Origin: a virus
Lineage: Duplodnaviria; Caudoviricetes
IMG/VR virus record: IMGVR_UViG_3300037488_002777
Coordinates: 1-41,941 of that record
Strand: one strand, 5' to 3'
DNA length: 41,941 nucleotides
A program made the position numbers and the translations under genes. Positions 36,683 through 41,941 of this stretch are shown one piece after another (within the stretch, counting starts at the first letter, position 1; each line of letters starts with the position of its first letter). The notes below the pieces were generated by a model. The model had not been told where the DNA came from. It saw nothing but the letters and a program-made list of their open reading frames with translations, and ran no database searches.

Positions 36683-36711
36683 ATAGAGATGACGTTTATT
36701 GAAGGCATACA

Positions 36712-39700
36712 ATGGGCAAATTCCTTGATTTTTATAGAATTCGGTTGGAAGAGGTTATTCTCGAAAAACTCTGGGTGGGTGAAGAAATCACTGATCCTCT
36801 AGAATTAGAAATCCTAGAAGAAGCTCGACAAACTATAGAAAAGAAGACTAATGTCAAAATTTATTGGGATCAAAGTGATCGACAATATCTCCACCAAGTC
36901 CCAAAATCCTTATGGGCAGAAGCCATGAGATACCGCTACGATGATCTCGTTTATAAAACTTGGCTTCGCAGCACGTCCCAACAATACTTTCAAAATGCTA
37001 CGGCAGGAGACGAAAAACATAAACTTGCTTTTGTTACCGATCAAATGTCAGCCCACGGAACAGCCGAACAAGTAGCAGAATGGGTACAAGGGCCTAAAGA
37101 TTGGGATTTCATCCAATTAGGAAAGAGACTCTACTTCGTCAATACTGGGGGAATTAAACTGCTAAATAAACTCAAGAAATTGAGTTTAGACCCAGAATTT
37201 GATAAGAAAAACGGGCAAGTCCAGTGGAAAGGCTACGAACCGCCAGCAAAGATGGCGAACCAAAAGGCCGGAACACTCTCTAATCGATTAAATAAATGGC
37301 AACAAATGAGTTCCGAAGGTTGGTATAGTCAAGACGACGATTCCTTCTTTGATTTCAAAGAGATCAAAGGAATTCGGTATCTCTCCTCAGGAGTAGTTAG
37401 GGAGTTAAATAATCGTGCAAATCCCAATCGCCGTGCAGCCTTACTACATTTGATTGCTCAAAAAGACCAACTGATTGCCAAAGGCATCAAATTTGATCCT
37501 AAAAATTATGGCGGATTCGTGGATCAGATGATGTTCGGACAAGAACAAGACTTCCGAGTTTACCCTTACATTACCGAAAAGGGCAATGTTGATAGTACGA
37601 AAGATCGACTTGTTGCATTACAACCAGCTAAAGAAGTAGACCGAAATGCCTTAGAAGCATATGCCAATCTAAAAAAAGAAGCATTCACAGACACAAACCT
37701 AGAAGCACTTCGCAAAGATGGAGCGAACTTCAACCAAAGCATGGAGTCGTTAGAAAAAGAACGGGACGAATTGCAATCACAACAATCAAAAAAGGGTCAA
37801 CGAATACCATCTGTTGAACGCAAACAACGAGCAAATGCTAGAAAAATAAAAATAAGAAAAATTCTTGATGATAACCGGCATATTTTACTTAGCCCAGATG
37901 CGAAACCCGGAGACGTGAAACTGAATTTCAAAAATAAAGAACAATATCCAAAAATCATTCAAATACTAAAAGACAATGGAACCTTCACTACAGGGGATAA
38001 AGAACTCAAGCAACAAAAAAAAGAACTAGTTCAGAGAGCCAAGACTGTAACCCCCGCAGACATGTACGCCAATAATTTCTCAGATGAACAACTAGCAACC
38101 TTCCTAGGAATCATGGAAAACCCAGATTGGGAACAACAAGTAACCCAATTTCAAACCGAAGCCGCCACTAGAACCAAAGGGTTTCATGGAAATGTAGGAA
38201 CAGGACTGAGTATTAATTACCATCGATCATCTGTATACGAAAATCATGACCTTGCAGAGCGTTGGAAAAAGGAACCCGTTCATTATAAAGCATTCATTCA
38301 TAATGACGAGGACTTCTCTAAATCGTCTATTTCTAAAATCAAACCTCGTGTGACTTACCCATGGGATCAAATTTCTCCTGGATCACACGACAGTCCTGCG
38401 TACTGGGGACTAGCTAGAGCATCCTCCAATTCTAAAGTGACTCGTAGTACAGACACAACCGAGACGGGGAGCGAGCAAGCCACCATGTTAATCACTAAGG
38501 TAAACCCTAAAATAATCTCGAATCTAGGGAAACCCGTCTTTGAGAAATATTTTGCTGCTTATGATGCATGGCAGAACGAGTCCAATAAATCCGAGATCAA
38601 GTCTAAGATCGAGAATGATTTAAAAATCACAATAGCAGAGATATGGAAAGACAAAACACTTACCAAAGAGGATAAAGAAACTAAGATCAATACAGTCAAA
38701 GAGACGGCAAAAGATGCGGTCGAGACTGCGAAATCTGAAGCAGAAAAGAAAGCGGAGATAAACCTACAAAATGCTTATACAGCAGCGGCAACCGAAGTTA
38801 AGACATTAGCCACGCAATTCATGCATAGTCATCGACAAAAAGAAAAAATCCACAAAAATCGGGAAGAACAAGCTGTTGCAGATAGAGTTAATAATGACGT
38901 TAATAATACTGACGCCAACACTGGTACCTCTAAAGAGGACAAAATATTCGCAAACTTCGCTTTCCCATTGAGAGGAAAACCTCTTTCTACCGAGGACGCA
39001 TTAAAACTCGTAAAAAAATTAGTGGGTCCGATTGATAATATTATCACAGATGCTAAAAAAGAAGCCGATTCACAAGTTCGCTGGTTAGACCAAGAACAGT
39101 CCGATCCTCCCAAAAGTGAAAAAAATAACCGCCAAGTCTCGATTCTCTATCATTTACGACACTATCAAATATTGCATAATGATAATGCACCATTCAAAAT
39201 TGATGGTTACACGTATGATATAACGGACTACATCAAAAATATCAACGTAGATGAGTTAGTAATTCAAGAGATAAAAGAACAAGGTATAGATGTACCACAA
39301 ACCATCGTAACCTCTCCAATGGTCAAAATTTATATCAAAGAACCACAGAAATACAAAGAACAGAAAATGAAAGATGCCAAGGCCGAACTAGGCAACACTG
39401 CAACTGCGGAACAAATTGAGAACCGAGCTTACGAAAAGACAAAAATAGAATTATCTGGCTTCATTCATAGAAGTCTCTTGAGAATGAGGATGATTGATTC
39501 AGAAAAAGCTCTCAATAACTCTAAACAAGAAGTACAACAGCAGCTAGATACTATCTTTGATGACTCAAATAACGCAATAATAAAAAATCCAGTAGATACA
39601 CCACAGCAGCGAGTAAAGGCATCCAGAGGTCTTGGAGGATTCAGAAGAGCAGCAGAACCAGTACCAACCCCAGTACCAATAATAACAAAACCGCAACCTG

Positions 39701-39756
39701 AAGCACTCCCAATTCAGCCAAAGACTGGACCAAAAATTCAACGGACACTGTTCTAA
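36712..39756 (+). CDS. Large hypothetical protein (1014 aa, K/E-rich, helical)
   Basis: Long ORF preceded by ATAAATA (36679-36685) and SD AAGG. Confidence 0.85.
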   Translation: MGKFLDFYRIRLEEVILEKLWVGEEITDPLELEILEEARQTIEKKTNVKIYWDQSDRQYLHQVPKSLWAEAMRYRYDDLVYKTWLRSTSQQYFQNATAGDEKHKLAFVTDQMSAHGTAEQVAEWVQGPKDWDFIQLGKRLYFVNTGGIKLLNKLKKLSLDPEFDKKNGQVQWKGYEPPAKMANQKAGTLSNRLNKWQQMSSEGWYSQDDDSFFDFKEIKGIRYLSSGVVRELNNRANPNRRAALLHLIAQKDQLIAKGIKFDPKNYGGFVDQMMFGQEQDFRVYPYITEKGNVDSTKDRLVALQPAKEVDRNALEAYANLKKEAFTDTNLEALRKDGANFNQSMESLEKERDELQSQQSKKGQRIPSVERKQRANARKIKIRKILDDNRHILLSPDAKPGDVKLNFKNKEQYPKIIQILKDNGTFTTGDKELKQQKKELVQRAKTVTPADMYANNFSDEQLATFLGIMENPDWEQQVTQFQTEAATRTKGFHGNVGTGLSINYHRSSVYENHDLAERWKKEPVHYKAFIHNDEDFSKSSISKIKPRVTYPWDQISPGSHDSPAYWGLARASSNSKVTRSTDTTETGSEQATMLITKVNPKIISNLGKPVFEKYFAAYDAWQNESNKSEIKSKIENDLKITIAEIWKDKTLTKEDKETKINTVKETAKDAVETAKSEAEKKAEINLQNAYTAAATEVKTLATQFMHSHRQKEKIHKNREEQAVADRVNNDVNNTDANTGTSKEDKIFANFAFPLRGKPLSTEDALKLVKKLVGPIDNIITDAKKEADSQVRWLDQEQSDPPKSEKNNRQVSILYHLRHYQILHNDNAPFKIDGYTYDITDYIKNINVDELVIQEIKEQGIDVPQTIVTSPMVKIYIKEPQKYKEQKMKDAKAELGNTATAEQIENRAYEKTKIELSGFIHRSLLRMRMIDSEKALNNSKQEVQQQLDTIFDDSNNAIIKNPVDTPQQRVKASRGLGGFRRAAEPVPTPVPIITKPQPEALPIQPKTGPKIQRTLF

Positions 39757-40784
39757 CTCATTAACCGCATAAGCTCCAACTCATCAAGAGCCTTCCGATT
39801 CCTCAACAAGTAATGGACGAGAATCTTCTCGCCCATTACTTCTAACATCTTATTCCAATCCTTGTACTGCTGAGGTGGACGAACATAAGAAGCCACCAAC
39901 CCCTTCTCCCGCAATTTCTGAGACATCGCAATCAAACCACTCTTCCCCGCCGAATCCGCATCTAAACAAAGAACAATCTGCGAATAAGGACGAATCAGCT
40001 CCACCTGCTTATCAGACAATGACTTACCGCCAAACGCTCCCGAGAACAAGAAATCACCTGTAATCCGACTCGCTTGATAAATTGCCAAAGCATCAAACTC
40101 ACCCTCAGTCAACCAAAGAGTCGCCTTATTCTGCGGCCACTCAGGAACATAAATCACATCCTCTTTCCCAATCCCAACTGACTTAGGAGGACCAAGGTAC
40201 CGTAACGCATCCTTGTGCGTAGACATACTACGACCATTGAAATAAATCAAATCCCCGTGACGATCATAATACGGAATAATAATACGATTACGGTATTCGC
40301 CCCCAATACACACCATAAGTCCAGTTGGGGAAAGTTTTCGTCCTAACAAGTACGTCTCTGCTTGGGTCCGGTAAAAATCTTCAGTATCCAATTCATCAAT
40401 TCTTGATGTGAACGGTGGCAACTTGAGCGTATTGTCTTCAAGGGGTGTGGTTTCGGGAACCACTGGCGGATTGAACATTTCCTCGACCTGAGCTTCCATA
40501 TTTGCTAAGCTCATGTCCACCGCATCCAATATCTCGATGGCTTCCTGGTAAGAGCATTTATCTACCAGCATTACCAGGGTAACACATGATCCCCTTTTGT
40601 CAGTCTTGAAACATCTGAAAACTCCATTTTCCCTTTGTTTCTTTCCACCTGTTGGATTAATCCACAAATGTCGTTTATGATCTTCTACAAAGATTGAATT
40701 AATCTTGATTTCATTACCACTGATTACGTAGTCATCAAAACGGCTTTCAACCCATGACAACATTTTTTCAGGATTAATTGCCAT
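39753..40784 (-). CDS. DNA primase (DnaG/T4 gp61-like)
   Basis: 'RIIIPYYD..G.LIYFNGR', 'RYL.P', TOPRIM 'TEGEFDA' and 'CLDADSAG', 'KDWN'. Confidence 0.93.
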   Translation of the reverse strand: MAINPEKMLSWVESRFDDYVISGNEIKINSIFVEDHKRHLWINPTGGKKQRENGVFRCFKTDKRGSCVTLVMLVDKCSYQEAIEILDAVDMSLANMEAQVEEMFNPPVVPETTPLEDNTLKLPPFTSRIDELDTEDFYRTQAETYLLGRKLSPTGLMVCIGGEYRNRIIIPYYDRHGDLIYFNGRSMSTHKDALRYLGPPKSVGIGKEDVIYVPEWPQNKATLWLTEGEFDALAIYQASRITGDFLFSGAFGGKSLSDKQVELIRPYSQIVLCLDADSAGKSGLIAMSQKLREKGLVASYVRPPQQYKDWNKMLEVMGEKILVHYLLRNRKALDELELMRLMS

Positions 40785-41544
40785 ATTTTACACTTTTCTC
40801 AGACAACCATGTTTTAAATTCATTCATGTCGTAATGATCTGATTTTTGTATATTTTCTCGTTTACTAAGTGGCTGAAGGTTATCAAGAGCATTTATGATT
40901 TTTGGATCTTCTATTCCTAAATCATAAAATGCTTTCATGGGAAAAATATGATCTAGTTCCCAATTTTGATCCTTTAACATAGTCCAAGTTGGACATTGCA
41001 TCAAATGTTCTGTTAATTGCTTACGTCCATAGCCCAATAATAATTGGCTGCGGGTTTGCTTCCTTTTCCCATTTAATATTCTCATCACCATTTTCTGATA
41101 TTTACGTCTTATTTTTTGAAATAGACGTATTTCATCCCTATTAGGATTCCAATTCTGACTTTTATCACCACTGCGATTTTCTACAGCACATTTCCCGCAC
41201 CGGACTCCACGCATAAAATGTCTCCAACGGATTGATGATTCATGCCCCTTAGGACAACGGTACCGCATATTGTGATTTGAACTGATATATTTTGTTTCAA
41301 GTAGTTGATATCCCGCCAACTCAAAAAAGTTTTTTACATGTTGGTAAGTGTATTTTTCTATCCCTCCACATCGGGCACAGCGTTTTCCAACCTGAAAATT
41401 GTTGAACGTACAGATAGTGATGTTGCCACATTGACATCGATATTGTAGCTTCGCATACACACCATTGTATTCCCGTTCCAAAAGTTCACATCCCTGGTTC
41501 CTGAAATAATCAGAAACTTGTTCAAATGTCAATTTTGTTATCAT
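40774..41544 (-). CDS. HNH homing endonuclease with zinc-ribbon repeats
   Basis: Two 'V..F...G..LL...Y........YRC..G/H.....C..C' repeats; 'WELDHIFP...N.L.NLQPL...EN..KS'. Confidence 0.85.
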   Translation of the reverse strand: MITKLTFEQVSDYFRNQGCELLEREYNGVYAKLQYRCQCGNITICTFNNFQVGKRCARCGGIEKYTYQHVKNFFELAGYQLLETKYISSNHNMRYRCPKGHESSIRWRHFMRGVRCGKCAVENRSGDKSQNWNPNRDEIRLFQKIRRKYQKMVMRILNGKRKQTRSQLLLGYGRKQLTEHLMQCPTWTMLKDQNWELDHIFPMKAFYDLGIEDPKIINALDNLQPLSKRENIQKSDHYDMNEFKTWLSEKSVKYGN

Positions 41545-41616
41545 GATTCACCTTGTTTTGTAATAGGTAATCATATAAAATACACTCTCTTAATTCAAGA
41601 GGAAATTGTGATCTAA

Positions 41617-41941
41617 ATGGACATATCTCATATCAGCGTATCTCGAAAACAATGTTTTGATCTCTGCCAAGCTCAGTATAAATTCAAGTATCATTGGAAG
41701 TTAGAATCAGAGGAGCCAGAACCGTTCTATTTTCTGTATGGTTCCTTGGTTCACAAAGTAGCTGAAGAATACGTAAAAAGTAGAGGCTCAGTGACCTTAG
41801 AACATGTGGCTAAAGAAGTTCTAGAAGGTCGGATTCCGGTTACCACGGACAAACAAGGGAATCCCATTTTTGCTCCCATATTGGAACTGGAGTATAAGAA
41901 ACGATTTCCTGGTCATATGGGTTCGATCAAGAAGCTCTGTG
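41617..41941 (+). CDS. PD-(D/E)XK (RecB/AddB/Cas4-like) nuclease, 3'-truncated
   Basis: Not in the ORF track. It reads MDISHISVSRKQCFDLCQAQYKFKY...YGSLVHKVAE, matching the PDDEXK_1 N-terminal 'S.S....F..C..QY...Y...G...H...E' pattern. Confidence 0.8.
   Translation, partial: MDISHISVSRKQCFDLCQAQYKFKYHWKLESEEPEPFYFLYGSLVHKVAEEYVKSRGSVTLEHVAKEVLEGRIPVTTDKQGNPIFAPILELEYKKRFPGHMGSIKKLC

Noticed and set aside
512-39113. Many short antisense or alternate-frame ORFs in the track (e.g. 5121-5519, 20941-21327, 30865-31269)
   Set aside because: They shadow well-supported genes, reflect the G/T strand bias, and have no SD or motifs.
1-41941. Alternative genetic code (TAG/TGA recoding)
   Set aside because: Genes are full-length and tightly packed under code 11, and all three stops end genes at sensible places.
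41617-41941. cas4 as part of a CRISPR-Cas system
   Set aside because: No array or other cas genes are in the window, and such nucleases are common phage recombination exonucleases.
1-41941. tRNA/rRNA genes, group I/II introns, diversity-generating retroelement
   Set aside because: Intergenic spaces are short with no cloverleaf or T-loop signature noticed. No split genes other than the intein, and no reverse transcriptase, were seen.

Overview
This is a 42 kb segment of a large lytic myovirus-type (T4-superfamily/jumbo-like) dsDNA phage genome in the standard genetic code. Positions 1-14.9 kb are a + strand contractile-tail/baseplate operon: 5'-truncated tape measure, tube-like, gp53/LysM-like, hub, gp5-like spike, gp25, gp6/J, gp7/I and collar genes, with an embedded SET-domain methyltransferase. 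A minus-strand sigma70-driven island (15.3-17.6 kb) carries a DNA methyltransferase and a possible endonuclease. At 17.7-20.9 kb is a cluster of putative capsid-packaged effectors (HEXXH peptidase, membrane protein, ART-PolyVal-like ADP-ribosyltransferase) and a nucleoside deoxyribosyltransferase-fold gene that appears to start at ATT. Further right are three paralogous PKD-type structural proteins, Maf-like and GT9 glycosyltransferase-like genes, a volactin-like actin ATPase split by a 370-aa LAGLIDADG intein, an IS607 tnpA(truncated)/tnpB element, large unknown ORFs, a primase, an HNH endonuclease and the start of a PD-(D/E)XK nuclease. All family calls come from motif recognition by eye; no searches were run.
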